Below, piece by piece: positions 41,211 to 51,700 of a DNA stretch of 64,000 bases. This DNA is from Opitutales bacterium (GTDB lineage Bacteria; Verrucomicrobiota; Verrucomicrobiia; Opitutales; JAVBMG01). Position 1 is the stretch's first letter, and each line of letters opens with the position of its first letter. The stretch covers positions 24,100 through 88,099 of the forward strand of contig JAVBMG010000003.1 of assembly GCA_031552815.1 (NCBI GenBank), written 5' to 3'. A program made the position numbers and the translations under genes. The notes below the pieces were generated by a model. It saw only the letters and a list, made by a program, of their open reading frames with translations, was not told where the DNA came from and did no database searches.

Positions 41211-42593
41211 ATGGCTACAAAGGTTGCATTCACTTCATTGGGTTGTGCCAAGAATCTGATAGACTCGGAAATTATGATAGGACATCTGAGAAAAGCCGGA
41301 ATGGCGATTACTCCTGATCCGAAAATATCCGATGTTGTCATCATCAATACCTGTTCTTTTATCCACGACGCAAAAGTGGAAAGCATAAACTCCATCAAGG
41401 AAGCAATCGAAATGCGTTCGGAAGAACGGAGCAGGAGCGGGAAGATGATTGCCCGTAACCGCAAGGTGATTGTGGCAGGATGTTTGTCCCAGCGTTTTGC
41501 GACGGAGTTGCCTAAACTGATGCCTGAGGTGGATGCCTTTATCGGATTGGACCAGTTGAAAGATATTGCGGCGATTGTCAACGGAGTCATGCTAAAGACG
41601 GGCGGTAGCATGCCTGAATCCCATATCTCAAAAAAGCTCACTTATATTCCCGATTACGATACCCCACGTTACCGTCTTACGCCTTCCTATTCGGCTTACG
41701 TAAAGATTGCCGAGGGCTGTAATCATAATTGCACATTTTGCATTATTCCAAAAATCCGCGGTATGCACAGAAGCCGGACCCAGGAGTCGGTGGTACGCGA
41801 GGTTGAACAGTTGGTGAAGGAGGGTGTCCGCGAAATAAACCTTATTTCCCAGGATACGACCTATTTCGGCATGGATCGTTGGGAAAGCGAACGTCCGAAT
41901 AAACGAAGCAAAGTGGATTCCGGTAAGGGAGAATCCCTGGCTTCGTTAATCCGCGAGCTTGATAAGATCGAAGGTGATTTTTGGATACGGCTGCTTTATA
42001 CCCATCCGGCTCATTGGAGCGACGAATTGATAGCAGCTATGGCAAAATCAAAAAAGGTAGCCCGTTATGTGGATATCCCGTTACAGCACATCTCGGACAA
42101 AATGCTGTCTGCGATGCAACGGGAAACAGACGGCGCTTATATCCGCAATCTTATAAAGCGGATAAGAAAAGGCATTCCCGGCGTGGCCGTCCGTTCCGCG
42201 TTCATTGTCGGATTTCCCGGGGAATCCGAAGCAGATTTTGAGGAGTTAATGGAATTCCTGGATGAGGCGAAACTTGATCGGGTCGGTATTTTCCAATACT
42301 CCAGGGAAGAAGGAACACGCGCTTACAACAGCAAGAAGCAAGTGCATCATGCTACCAAGAAACGCCGTTGGAACGCGGCTATGCAGCTGCTTCAGGAACT
42401 GGCCGTTGAACGGAATAAGCAAATGATAGGACAATCCATGCGAGTGCTTGTTGAAGGTAATGGACTGGCGCGCAGCGAAGGTGACGCCCCGGATATTGAC
42501 GGTATGGTCTTTGTCAGGAAATCACTGCCTGCCGGTAGCTTTGCGGACGTAAAAATCAAGAATTACCGGGATTACGATTTGATTGCCGAATGA
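41211..42593 (+). CDS. rimO: Ribosomal protein S12 methylthiotransferase
   Basis: SLGCAKNLIDSE, INTCSFI, KIAEGCNHNCTFC (radical SAM CxxxCxxC), WIRLLY, APDIDG (TRAM). Confidence 0.93.
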   Translation: MATKVAFTSLGCAKNLIDSEIMIGHLRKAGMAITPDPKISDVVIINTCSFIHDAKVESINSIKEAIEMRSEERSRSGKMIARNRKVIVAGCLSQRFATELPKLMPEVDAFIGLDQLKDIAAIVNGVMLKTGGSMPESHISKKLTYIPDYDTPRYRLTPSYSAYVKIAEGCNHNCTFCIIPKIRGMHRSRTQESVVREVEQLVKEGVREINLISQDTTYFGMDRWESERPNKRSKVDSGKGESLASLIRELDKIEGDFWIRLLYTHPAHWSDELIAAMAKSKKVARYVDIPLQHISDKMLSAMQRETDGAYIRNLIKRIRKGIPGVAVRSAFIVGFPGESEADFEELMEFLDEAKLDRVGIFQYSREEGTRAYNSKKQVHHATKKRRWNAAMQLLQELAVERNKQMIGQSMRVLVEGNGLARSEGDAPDIDGMVFVRKSLPAGSFADVKIKNYRDYDLIAE

Positions 42594-42640
42594 TTTTACT
42601 TTCAATGCCTGTGCAAAAGGGCTAATTTACATGTAACTTA

Positions 42641-42967
42641 ATGAAAACTATCTTTGCTAAGTTTATTGCATTTGTTTTGGCAGTCGGAATCGGTGTCGGC
42701 GCCTATTTTCTGTGGAAAGAGGTTGCGTCCGCACGGCGGGTACATGGAAATACGCAACTGAATCTGGAAGAAGCAGAGCACCAGAAAGAAGTAAAAGCCC
42801 AGGAAGTGGAAAAGAACCGTGAACGGGCAAATCGTTTGTCCGATCCGAATGACAAGGAGGCGATTGAGGCGGAAGCCAGGAAGCAAGGATTCAAAAAACC
42901 CGGGGAAGTGGTTTACCAGGCGCAAAAAGAAGATCCGCAGCCTGCCGAAGCCGGCGAACGTCAATAA
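42641..42967 (+). CDS. Septum formation initiator-like protein (FtsB/DivIC family)
   Basis: N-terminal TM helix, coiled coil, EAIEAEARKQGFKKPGEVVY. Confidence 0.65.
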   Translation: MKTIFAKFIAFVLAVGIGVGAYFLWKEVASARRVHGNTQLNLEEAEHQKEVKAQEVEKNRERANRLSDPNDKEAIEAEARKQGFKKPGEVVYQAQKEDPQPAEAGERQ

Positions 42968-43092
42968 AACAGACGGTGCATGGTTGTGTCGGCTATGTTG
43001 TATTTAGATAATACATCATATGTTTTTTTCTAATTGATCTTAAAAGGATATTTTCTAGTATTTATTTAATGTCTTATGTCATGTGTGTTGCC

Positions 43093-44550
43093 ATGAAAAA
43101 AATACTTATAGTGATTGGTTTCTTGTTTTTTTCCTTCGCATTGGCTTGTGCCCAGATGCGTGATTTCAAGGATAAACAGGGAAGAACGATAAGCGCCCAG
43201 CTGGTTTTTTCAGTCGGTGACGATGTTACCATCAAGATGGCCGACGGTCAGACATTCCAATTGAAGCTGGATGTATTTTCAGAGGAAGATCAGAAATTCA
43301 TTAAGGAGTGGGCAAATAAAAATCAGACAACTGTTGGCTTTCGCGAATTGAATGAGGCTTTTGGTTTGCCGCTATTCCTTGATGTACCTCTGTGGGAAGA
43401 GGATGCCAGAACGGTTTCCCAGCGATTAAAGAATTGGCAGAAAACTACCAAGGGTAGCGGGCTTTCATGTTATCGCAACAGTTCCCCGGCGGATTCGCTG
43501 ATGGTACTGGGAGCGCATCCGTATTCGCTTGCCTTGTTTGGTGGTTATGACGGGAAAGTGACGGACATTTCCATTGTTTTCGCTAACAGATCCGAATGTG
43601 TTTATGACAACGTTGATGTGGATGTAAAGTCCTCTTCAGGAAAGAAAAACGTTGATAATGAAACCGAAAAAAAATTACGGATACGGCTTTCCCAAGTGTT
43701 AAAACCGCTTATGGATGCCGATGAAAAGGCGATAAAAGAAACACTGAGCGCATGGGGTAATGGGAAACAGGTCAATTTGGGTAAGACGAGAAATGACAAG
43801 GAACGTGTTACCATGTGGAAAGTGAACGATTTCATGATTTTGCTTGTAGTCCAGGACAATGCCTATGTCGGGATACGGATTGTTAAGCAGGATTTTACCG
43901 AATTGCGGACGCTTGATAAAACGGTTGCGGAAGCGAAAACCCATTTTTCCGAACAAATCGAAAAGGCTGATAACGGGGACGTCATTCTGACAGGGGTTCC
44001 GGCCATTAGTACGACCATCAACAGTGTAATTCCGGCCGCATTTGAAAGCTTTTTCCGTTATGGCGGTTTGGCTGCGGATTCATATGCCTTGTCTATGATC
44101 GGTCTGTATACTGACTTTGCCAATCCGTCATTAATTGCCAATGATCTGATAACAAATATTGAAGCTTGGGGAACCACTCAAGGTCTTGGTTTCAGTAAAA
44201 AACGGTTTGTGATCACGGTAAAGGATGTGCAACAGTACATTGATAAAGGGCAGCCGATCCTCTGGGTTTATACCAATTCCTCCGTGTTAAGCTCCATTCT
44301 GCGGAACAGGAATACGGCGAGAAGCAGCACATCCGATACAGCTGAATGGATCGAAACGTTGAATGCTGATACGCAGTCTATTTCCAAACTGAAAGTAGAA
44401 AAGGGCCTCGTAAGCGCTACTTTGATTATCGGGTATAACAAGGAAACCGATGAAATAGGATTTTATGATTCTCTCGGAAAGAATGTCGTTTGGCTGAGAA
44501 CTAACGAAGCCAATGCTGTTTCGGAAAATCAGTTCTTTGTTTTCAATTAG
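43093..44550 (+). CDS. Secreted SHD1-like + C39/papain-like protein lacking catalytic residues
   Basis: RDFKDKQGRTISAQL N-domain; colinear paralog of the next gene, but VDQGPKGYC reads ISTTINSVI and GHVCLIIGYN reads VSATLIIGYN. Confidence 0.72.
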   Translation: MKKILIVIGFLFFSFALACAQMRDFKDKQGRTISAQLVFSVGDDVTIKMADGQTFQLKLDVFSEEDQKFIKEWANKNQTTVGFRELNEAFGLPLFLDVPLWEEDARTVSQRLKNWQKTTKGSGLSCYRNSSPADSLMVLGAHPYSLALFGGYDGKVTDISIVFANRSECVYDNVDVDVKSSSGKKNVDNETEKKLRIRLSQVLKPLMDADEKAIKETLSAWGNGKQVNLGKTRNDKERVTMWKVNDFMILLVVQDNAYVGIRIVKQDFTELRTLDKTVAEAKTHFSEQIEKADNGDVILTGVPAISTTINSVIPAAFESFFRYGGLAADSYALSMIGLYTDFANPSLIANDLITNIEAWGTTQGLGFSKKRFVITVKDVQQYIDKGQPILWVYTNSSVLSSILRNRNTARSSTSDTAEWIETLNADTQSISKLKVEKGLVSATLIIGYNKETDEIGFYDSLGKNVVWLRTNEANAVSENQFFVFN

Positions 44551-44580
44551 CTTTTTTATTTTTATTACACCAGTTATCCA

Positions 44581-46020
44581 ATGAAAAATACCCCAGTCGT
44601 TTATTTTATTATCCTATTGCTGTTCTCTTGCTCAATCGCATCCGCGGAAATCCGGGAATTTAAGGATAAACAGGGCAGAACCATCCGGGCGGAAATTGTT
44701 TCCGTTTCAGAGAGTGATGTTTCAATAAAAACAGAGGATGGAAAAAGCTTCCAGTTAAAGCTGGATGTCTTTGATGAGCCTACCCAGCAGTATATCCGGG
44801 AATGGAAACAGAAAAATGAAGAGGCGGCTCCTCCAAAGAGCACTGCGACTTTGGACATAAAGAAAATAAACGAATTGTTCGGATTGCCTGTTTTTTCAGA
44901 AACCAGTTTATGGGAGGAAGATCCCAAGCTTGCAGCTGTTCGTTTACTTTTACCTAAAGAGTCAAAAACGGATTTTGTGGAAAGCTACCGTTTGTATCCT
45001 CCGTCCAATTACCAAATACTGGGAGCTCATCCTTTTTCGGTGGTACTCTACGGAGCTGAAGGGAAAGTTACGGAAATATCCATGGTCTTTGCGAATAAGG
45101 GGGATAGTATTGTCGTATTCGGAGAGCTGACAAACCGCCAGACCAAGAATGCGACTGCGAAGCTCCAGGAATTCATGGACAAGGATGAAGCCAGCATCAA
45201 GGAGCGTCTCAATCAACTGGCAACACCCACATCCAGTATTTTCGGCAAGGATAAGAATACACGGGAGAAAGTATTTATCTGGAGCCTGGACGATTACCGG
45301 ATAGTGCTTTCTGCCCAGGATGGCGAGTATGTCGGTTTGCGCATTATTAGGCCGGAAGTCGCAGAGGCCAAAGGAAAAATTGCGATGACCAGTTTTTCCA
45401 AGACACGCGCATTTATGAAATCGCAGGTCGAAAAACTGGAAAATGGCGATGTTCTCATAAAAAACATACCGATGGTGGATCAGGGACCCAAAGGTTATTG
45501 CGCTCCCGCTGTATTTGAACGTTGTTTCCGTTACATAGGGGTTCCGGCAGATATGTATGTGTTGGCGATGGCTGGAAAAACTATGCTTGGCGGAGGAACC
45601 TATATTGATGACCTTGTTGACGGAATCGAACGCTGGGCAAAATCCCAAGGGCGGAAAATTAACCGCAAGAAAACAGGCATTACGATGAGTGTCGTGAAAT
45701 CATACATTGATGACGGTCAACCCATTGCGTGGATCTTGTCATCATCGCCGAATTTTAATACAATCGCGAACAAAAGAACCGCGATGAGAAAAGAGACCCT
45801 GGATATGAAGGTATGGGCAAAGACAATAGCCGGGGAAGATACACTCAAGTATCTGGCGCCCGTGGGCTATGGTCATGTCTGCCTGATCATCGGCTATAAT
45901 GCCGGTACAAAGGAAGTTGCCATAAGCGATTCATGGGGAAAAGGATTTGAATTACGTTGGGTGCGCGTGGACGAGGCTGACGCTGTTTCACGCGGTGAAA
46001 TTGTTCTTCTGGAACCTTGA
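44581..46020 (+). CDS. Secreted SHD1-like + C39/papain-like cysteine peptidase
   Basis: REFKDKQGRTIRAEI; IPMVDQGPKGYCAPA (Q, C), GHVCLIIGYN (H), ISDSWG. Confidence 0.78.
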   Translation: MKNTPVVYFIILLLFSCSIASAEIREFKDKQGRTIRAEIVSVSESDVSIKTEDGKSFQLKLDVFDEPTQQYIREWKQKNEEAAPPKSTATLDIKKINELFGLPVFSETSLWEEDPKLAAVRLLLPKESKTDFVESYRLYPPSNYQILGAHPFSVVLYGAEGKVTEISMVFANKGDSIVVFGELTNRQTKNATAKLQEFMDKDEASIKERLNQLATPTSSIFGKDKNTREKVFIWSLDDYRIVLSAQDGEYVGLRIIRPEVAEAKGKIAMTSFSKTRAFMKSQVEKLENGDVLIKNIPMVDQGPKGYCAPAVFERCFRYIGVPADMYVLAMAGKTMLGGGTYIDDLVDGIERWAKSQGRKINRKKTGITMSVVKSYIDDGQPIAWILSSSPNFNTIANKRTAMRKETLDMKVWAKTIAGEDTLKYLAPVGYGHVCLIIGYNAGTKEVAISDSWGKGFELRWVRVDEADAVSRGEIVLLEP

Positions 46021-46037
46021 TTTACTTCTACAGGCTT

Positions 46038-47741
46038 ATGTTATCTCAAAAATTATCCCGTTACCTTGTATTTGTATTAATTTCCATATTACCGTGTGTC
46101 TCTGTACAGGCGCAAAACACGGCCAAGAAAACATGGGAATTGGCAAAAGCCTTTGCAGAAAAGGAAGGATGGAAACCCACAGCCGAAAAGATGAAAGCAT
46201 TTTCCGTGCAAAATTACGAGCGGGGTGCCTATGATCAGGCAATAGAAAACTATTATCTTTATCTTTGGTGCCAGGTCATGGCAGAGCAGAAGGCTGATAT
46301 GGACAGTGAGTTTCTGGATTATGCGATGCGTGAAAAGGTTTTCAGCGAAAGCTTCTGGAATCTTATTTCGGAGAAAGACGATTTTAAAATGGTAATGACG
46401 ATCCTGTGCCGATTGTATAAAAATGACAGTACGCTGTTCAACCAGTATCAAAACCTTGCACTCGCCATTGCCGTTGTATACGACCAGCAACCTTCATCGT
46501 CCAATTGGCCGCATTTTCAGGTAGGATCTCAGGCGCGGAATTCCATTCCGCAGGGATTGCCCGATCCGTTGGAAGCATTTAATTTTTTCGTTGAACGGGA
46601 TACGAAGTTGGGCACGTTGTACCGTCTTCCCCGTTTGTCTGCAGGAGAACTGAAGTTTGTCGTGGATGTGACTGCTTCCTTTGATGAACTTATGTGGGTG
46701 CGGACAAAGGTAAAGCTGAACATCAGTGATTTGAACCCCATTTACCAAGGGATCAAATATGATATGGCCCGGCTCGAAGCCGGAAAATACAGTTGGACGG
46801 ATAATGATTACCGTTTGCAGAATATTTACAAGAAAGGAGGCATTTGCATTGATCAGGCCTATTTTACGACGCAGGTATGCAAGGTGAACGGAGTTCCGAG
46901 CATTTCTATTTCCGGCAGCGGTAAAGACGGGTATCATGCGTGGGTCGGTTACTATAAGCGGGGAAACTGGGATTTCTCTGTTGGACGCTACGAATCGGAC
47001 AACTATCTTTCCGGTTCGGCTTTTGATCCGCAAACGTGGAAAGAAGTCAGTGATCATGCCATTGATTATCTCATTGAACCCTTTCGTAAAACGGATGATT
47101 TCAAGCGGGCGAAAATCCATCTTGCCTTTGCGAAACTTTATTTGGATACGGATGGCGAAAAGGCAGTGAAGGCCGCACAGGCTGCTGTAAAGTTATCGCC
47201 GCTTTATGATGAAGCCTGGGATCTTTATATCAGTGCTTCAGGGAAAAACAAGACCGATGCTAAAGATTACGAAGCCGCATTGCAGGAAGCGATCAAGGCT
47301 TTGTCCAAATACGTGGAAATACAGTCTGTTTATGTCGATCGCCTGTCGAAGAGTTATAAGGATAGGGGAGAAACGCAATTAGCGCATGACTTACAGGTTT
47401 CCATGGCTAAAAAAATGGCAAGAAAACGGTCTGATCTCAGTATTGAACTGGCGTCTGATGCACTACGGGAAGTCATAAAGGAAAAAGGAATCGACCAGGG
47501 ATTCATGGAGTATAAAAGTACATTGATGCGTTTTAAGTCCGCAAACGGAACAGATCTCGTTAATAATATCGTGCAACCGTTTGTGGTGGCTTCCGTGGAT
47601 GCAAACAACCGGAAGCTGGCGATGCAGGCGGTAAAATATGCCCAGGATAAAATTCCTTATGAGCGTGGTTCGCAGCTTGAAGAACAGTTTGACGAAATCA
47701 TGCGTTACATTGATCCCAACAGCGTGAAAAAGAAAAAATAG
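46038..47741 (+). CDS. Secreted transglutaminase-like (Cys-His-Asp) protein with TPR-like C-terminus
   Basis: GGICIDQAYFTTQVCKVNGVPS..GYHAWVGY..WDF; AVKLSPLYDEAW TPR-like segment; signal peptide. Confidence 0.65.
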   Translation: MLSQKLSRYLVFVLISILPCVSVQAQNTAKKTWELAKAFAEKEGWKPTAEKMKAFSVQNYERGAYDQAIENYYLYLWCQVMAEQKADMDSEFLDYAMREKVFSESFWNLISEKDDFKMVMTILCRLYKNDSTLFNQYQNLALAIAVVYDQQPSSSNWPHFQVGSQARNSIPQGLPDPLEAFNFFVERDTKLGTLYRLPRLSAGELKFVVDVTASFDELMWVRTKVKLNISDLNPIYQGIKYDMARLEAGKYSWTDNDYRLQNIYKKGGICIDQAYFTTQVCKVNGVPSISISGSGKDGYHAWVGYYKRGNWDFSVGRYESDNYLSGSAFDPQTWKEVSDHAIDYLIEPFRKTDDFKRAKIHLAFAKLYLDTDGEKAVKAAQAAVKLSPLYDEAWDLYISASGKNKTDAKDYEAALQEAIKALSKYVEIQSVYVDRLSKSYKDRGETQLAHDLQVSMAKKMARKRSDLSIELASDALREVIKEKGIDQGFMEYKSTLMRFKSANGTDLVNNIVQPFVVASVDANNRKLAMQAVKYAQDKIPYERGSQLEEQFDEIMRYIDPNSVKKKK

Positions 47742-47758
47742 TTTTTTTCATAAAGGCA

Positions 47759-47791
47759 TAAAAAAAGACGGTAGCATCACTACCGTCTTTT
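47759..47791. terminator. Bidirectional terminator containing the motif
   Basis: AAAAAAAGACGGTAG-CATCA-CTACCGTCTTTT between convergent genes. Confidence 0.85.
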
Positions 47792-47812
47792 GCATAAAAG
47801 CTTTGCAACCGA

Positions 47813-49612
47813 TTAGAGGCGGCTGACAAGCAATTGACGCTCGAATACGAGTTCCTTTGGTGTGCTTTCGCCCAACTTGAGGAACAGTTCTTCTGCTGCC
47901 AATGTGCTCTTCTTGAGGCTTTCTCCGTTAATGGCCATCAATTCATCCCATTGTTCCTTGGAGAATTTCAAACCATCCCAGCAAATGTCCTCGTAATTCG
48001 GAACCCAGCCGAGCGGTGATTCTTTTCCCTTAGCCTTGCCGTCGATACGTTCAATGATCCAGCGGAGTACGCGGGCATTGTCACCGAAGCCTGGCCATGC
48101 AAACTTGCCTTCCTTGGTCTTACGGAACCAGTTGACGTGGAATACCATCGGCAACTTCTTGGCTTTCTTCGCCATGGAAAGATAGTGTTTAAAGTAATCT
48201 CCCATGTTGTATCCGCAGAACGGCAACATCGCAAACGGATCGCTACGGAGTGTACCGAGGGTTCCTTCTGCTGCTGCTGTGAGTTCGGAGCAGAGGGTTG
48301 CGCCGAGGTAAACACCGCTTGTCCAGTTCCATGCCTGGAATACAAGAGGAATATCGCTCATGCGGCGGCCACCGTAAATGAATGCGGAGATCGGTACGCC
48401 GGCAGGATTTTCCCAATCTTTGTCAATGCATGGGCAATTGCGTGCAGGAGCTGTGAAACGGCTGTTCGGGTGGGAAGAGGGCTGGCCGCCTTCCGGGGTC
48501 CAGTCTTGGCCTTTCCAGTCGATAAGGTGTTTCGGAGCTTCCTTGGTCATGCCTTCCCACCAGATATCGCCGTCGTCTGTGAGGGCAACGTTGGTGAAGA
48601 TTGTGTCCTTGGCGCAGGAGAGCATGGCGTTCGGATTGGTGGACATGGATGTGCCCGGAGCAACACCGAAGAATCCTGCTTCAGGATTGATGGCATAAAG
48701 TTCGCCCTTTTCATTTGGCTTGATCCATGCGATATCATCACCGACCGTGGTGATTTTCCAGCCCTTCATTTCTGCAGGCGGAATCAACATGGCAAAATTG
48801 GTCTTGCCACAGGCAGATGGGAATGCGGCGGAAACATAAGTCTTCTTTCCTTGCGGATCTTCTACGCCAAGGATGAGCATGTGTTCTGCCAACCAGCCTT
48901 GTTTGCGTGCCAGATTGGAGGCGATACGCAACGCCAGACATTTTTTGCCGAGGAGAGCATTGCCCCCGTAGCCGGAACCGAAAGACCAGATGGACGGTTC
49001 TTCAGGGAAGTGAACGATGTATGTGTTTTCAGGATCGCAAGGCCATTTTACGTCATCGGCAGCGCTGTTGATCGGCTTACCTACGGAATGCAAGCAAGGT
49101 ACGAAGAATCCGTCTGTACCGAGAACGTCCAGTACCGGCTTTCCGATACGTGCCATGATGCGCATATTGACAACTACGTAAGCAGAGTCGGAAATTTCCA
49201 CGCCGTATTGGGTGATCGGTCCCCCGATCGGTCCCATGGCATAAGGAATAACATACATGGTGCGGCCTTTCATGCATCCCTTGAAAAGACTTTTCATCTT
49301 TTCTTTCATCTTGGCAGGATCTTCCCAGTTATTGGTAGGACCTGCGTCTTCCTTGCGTTCACTGCAGATAAAGGTACGGCTTTCAACACGTGCTACGTCG
49401 CGTGGATCCGAACGGAAAAGGTAACTGTTAGGGCGCTTGGCTTCATTCAGCTTGATGGCAACGCCTTTCTCGGCCATTGCCTTGAAAAGGGCATCGGCTT
49501 CCGCTTGGGAACCGTCACACCAAACCACTTCTTTCGGTTGGCAAAGTGCTTTCATTTCCTCGACCCATTGGACGAGTTTCTTGTGTTTTACGTCTGATTG
49601 GTTGATACTCAT
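47813..49612 (-). CDS. pckG: Phosphoenolpyruvate carboxykinase (GTP)
   Basis: [53 protein letters not shown]. Confidence 0.96.
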   Translation of the reverse strand: MSINQSDVKHKKLVQWVEEMKALCQPKEVVWCDGSQAEADALFKAMAEKGVAIKLNEAKRPNSYLFRSDPRDVARVESRTFICSERKEDAGPTNNWEDPAKMKEKMKSLFKGCMKGRTMYVIPYAMGPIGGPITQYGVEISDSAYVVVNMRIMARIGKPVLDVLGTDGFFVPCLHSVGKPINSAADDVKWPCDPENTYIVHFPEEPSIWSFGSGYGGNALLGKKCLALRIASNLARKQGWLAEHMLILGVEDPQGKKTYVSAAFPSACGKTNFAMLIPPAEMKGWKITTVGDDIAWIKPNEKGELYAINPEAGFFGVAPGTSMSTNPNAMLSCAKDTIFTNVALTDDGDIWWEGMTKEAPKHLIDWKGQDWTPEGGQPSSHPNSRFTAPARNCPCIDKDWENPAGVPISAFIYGGRRMSDIPLVFQAWNWTSGVYLGATLCSELTAAAEGTLGTLRSDPFAMLPFCGYNMGDYFKHYLSMAKKAKKLPMVFHVNWFRKTKEGKFAWPGFGDNARVLRWIIERIDGKAKGKESPLGWVPNYEDICWDGLKFSKEQWDELMAINGESLKKSTLAAEELFLKLGESTPKELVFERQLLVSRL

Positions 49613-49789
49613 TTTTTTAACGTTTTAAGTTAATGATTTGATTAATGATAAAGTCTTATAACCTGACCACAATACAAGGTAAAAAGCCTAAGCATTGCGA
49701 TTTTGTCTGCAATCAAATAAATGATAAAAATTATCTGTCATGCGTAGGGAATGCAGGCGGCAAATACCATAAATACGGTATCCGGGTGC

Positions 49790-50890
49790 CTAGAGATGCT
49801 TTATAATCGCATCGGCCATGGCCTTTGTTCCGACAGACGCTTTTCCGAAGGCAATGTCCGCTGTGCGTACACCGGATTTGACGCTGGATTCAACGGCATT
49901 TTCGATGGCTTGCGCTGCCGCATTCAGTCCGAAGCTGTAACGGAGCATGAGTGCTGCTGAAAGTATCTGGGCGCAGGGATTGGCTATTCCTTTGCCGGCG
50001 ATGTCGGGTGCACTGCCGCCGGACGGTTCGTAAAGCCCGAAAGGGAATTGCCACGTGTTCTTTTTGACACCAAGGCTGGCAGAGGCCAGCATGCCCAACG
50101 AACCGCAGATGACACCCATTTCATCCGAAAGAATATCGCCGAACATGTTTTCGGTGACAAATACGTCAAATTGGTTCGGGTCACGTGCCAACTGCATGGC
50201 TGCGTTATCGACGTACATATGGGAAAGCTGGATTTCCGGGGCATGTTTTGCGAAATAGGCGGTGACTGTTTTTCTCCAGAGAACGGAAGTCTCAAGAACA
50301 TTGGCTTTGTCAACCGAAACCACTTTCTTGCTGCGGTTACGGGCGGTATCAATCGCTACCTGGGCGATGCGCTCGATTTCGCTGGTCTTGTAAACCATGG
50401 TATCGAGCGACTGGGTTTCACCATTTTCCAATGTTACCGTCTGTTTGGGTTGACCGAAGTAAATGCCGCCGGTCAGTTCGCGGATGCAAACGATATCGAT
50501 GCCGTTAGGTATCCGTTCCGGACGGAGCGGGGAGGCATCGAGCAATTCAGGATAAAGCAATCCCGGCCGAATATTTGCGTACAGGGAAAAATGTTTTCTG
50601 AGGGGAAGGAGGGCGGCGCGTTCCGGTTGTTCCTGGGGCGGTAACTTTTCCCATTTCGGTCCGCCAACGGAACCGAAGAGAATTGCGTCGGCTTCCTGAC
50701 AGGCCTTCAGGGTGCTTTCCGGAAGCGCTTTGCCGGCAGCATCAATCCCTGCGCCGCCGACAGGATGGACGGAGTAATTCAGGGAGAAATCATATTTCTT
50801 TGCTGCTTTTTCCAGAACAGCAAGACTTACTTCCATAACTTCCGGTCCGATATAATCGCCCGGTAACACGGCAAAATGAATCGTAGGCAT
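49790..50890 (-). CDS. leuB: 3-isopropylmalate dehydrogenase
   Basis: LPGDYIGPEV, GSVGGPKW, RELTGGIYFG, VDKANVL, NMFGDILSDE, EPSGGSAPDIAG; start MPTIHF at 50890. Confidence 0.95.
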   Translation of the reverse strand: MPTIHFAVLPGDYIGPEVMEVSLAVLEKAAKKYDFSLNYSVHPVGGAGIDAAGKALPESTLKACQEADAILFGSVGGPKWEKLPPQEQPERAALLPLRKHFSLYANIRPGLLYPELLDASPLRPERIPNGIDIVCIRELTGGIYFGQPKQTVTLENGETQSLDTMVYKTSEIERIAQVAIDTARNRSKKVVSVDKANVLETSVLWRKTVTAYFAKHAPEIQLSHMYVDNAAMQLARDPNQFDVFVTENMFGDILSDEMGVICGSLGMLASASLGVKKNTWQFPFGLYEPSGGSAPDIAGKGIANPCAQILSAALMLRYSFGLNAAAQAIENAVESSVKSGVRTADIAFGKASVGTKAMADAIIKHL

Positions 50891-50964
50891 AATAAAAAGA
50901 TTAAAATTGCCCGAATTTTTTCTCATGGGCAAGCCTGTGTTTACGGCAGGACGGAATGGATGCA

Positions 50965-51651
50965 TTAACGCTCTGCGAGGATAATGAACGGCAGGGCGAT
51001 AAGAACGGCGATGATGACGATTGCGAGGAACAAAAAAAGTACATTGCACAAGGCTTTCCAGAACCCGAATTCCTGTGCGGCAGAAAGACATTTTATAAAA
51101 ACAAAAAAGGTCCACAGATCCAAAATGACAATGGCAGAACGGATGATGATAAGCGGTAATGTCCATACCGCCGGTTCCCCGACAGCATTGACCCAGACAA
51201 AAGCGGTACTGTCGTCCGGTAGCATTTGTTTATGTAAGGAAATGCTGAAGTTATCTCCGTATACAATGAATGCAGGGATGATTATCAATAAGGCCCATAT
51301 TCGGATTATGCTGCTCCATCCGATGGCAAAGCGGATATCGCGGGCGCTGCCTTTTCCTCCAAGCCATTCCCCGGTAATTTTTAATATCCATGAAGACAGG
51401 TACAGACCGATGATTCCGGACATGAACGAATAGAAAAGAATAGCAAGGACATCGATGAGGTTGCTCAGGCGCAAATCACTGCGTTGAAATAAGACCATTC
51501 CGATGCTGCCTAATGTGACCAACGGAATCAATGTAATGTCCATTTTCTCTCCGGAAAATCCCCTGGATTTATTCAGTATCCGGCGCATGGTTGACCTGGG
51601 TCGGATAAACATGAAAATCCAAGGATTTATAGATTTTTTCTCGGGAGTCAT
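50965..51651 (-). CDS. Yip1-family membrane protein
   Basis: NPWIFMFIRPRSTMRRIL start, about five TM helices, WLGGKGS..IKCLSAAQEF. Confidence 0.75.
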   Translation of the reverse strand: MTPEKKSINPWIFMFIRPRSTMRRILNKSRGFSGEKMDITLIPLVTLGSIGMVLFQRSDLRLSNLIDVLAILFYSFMSGIIGLYLSSWILKITGEWLGGKGSARDIRFAIGWSSIIRIWALLIIIPAFIVYGDNFSISLHKQMLPDDSTAFVWVNAVGEPAVWTLPLIIIRSAIVILDLWTFFVFIKCLSAAQEFGFWKALCNVLFLFLAIVIIAVLIALPFIILAER

Positions 51652-51700
51652 AATAAAAGAAAAACGCAACGGAGTTTAGAAAGTTGCGGATGGGCTTGGA

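Noticed and set aside
48137-49597. 486-aa plus-strand ORF
   Set aside because: Antisense shadow of the codon-biased pckG gene, with no recognisable motifs.
50891-51166. Long N-terminal extension of leuB in the ORF track
   Set aside because: It overlaps the Yip1 gene; LeuB homology starts at MPTIHFAVLPGD (50890).
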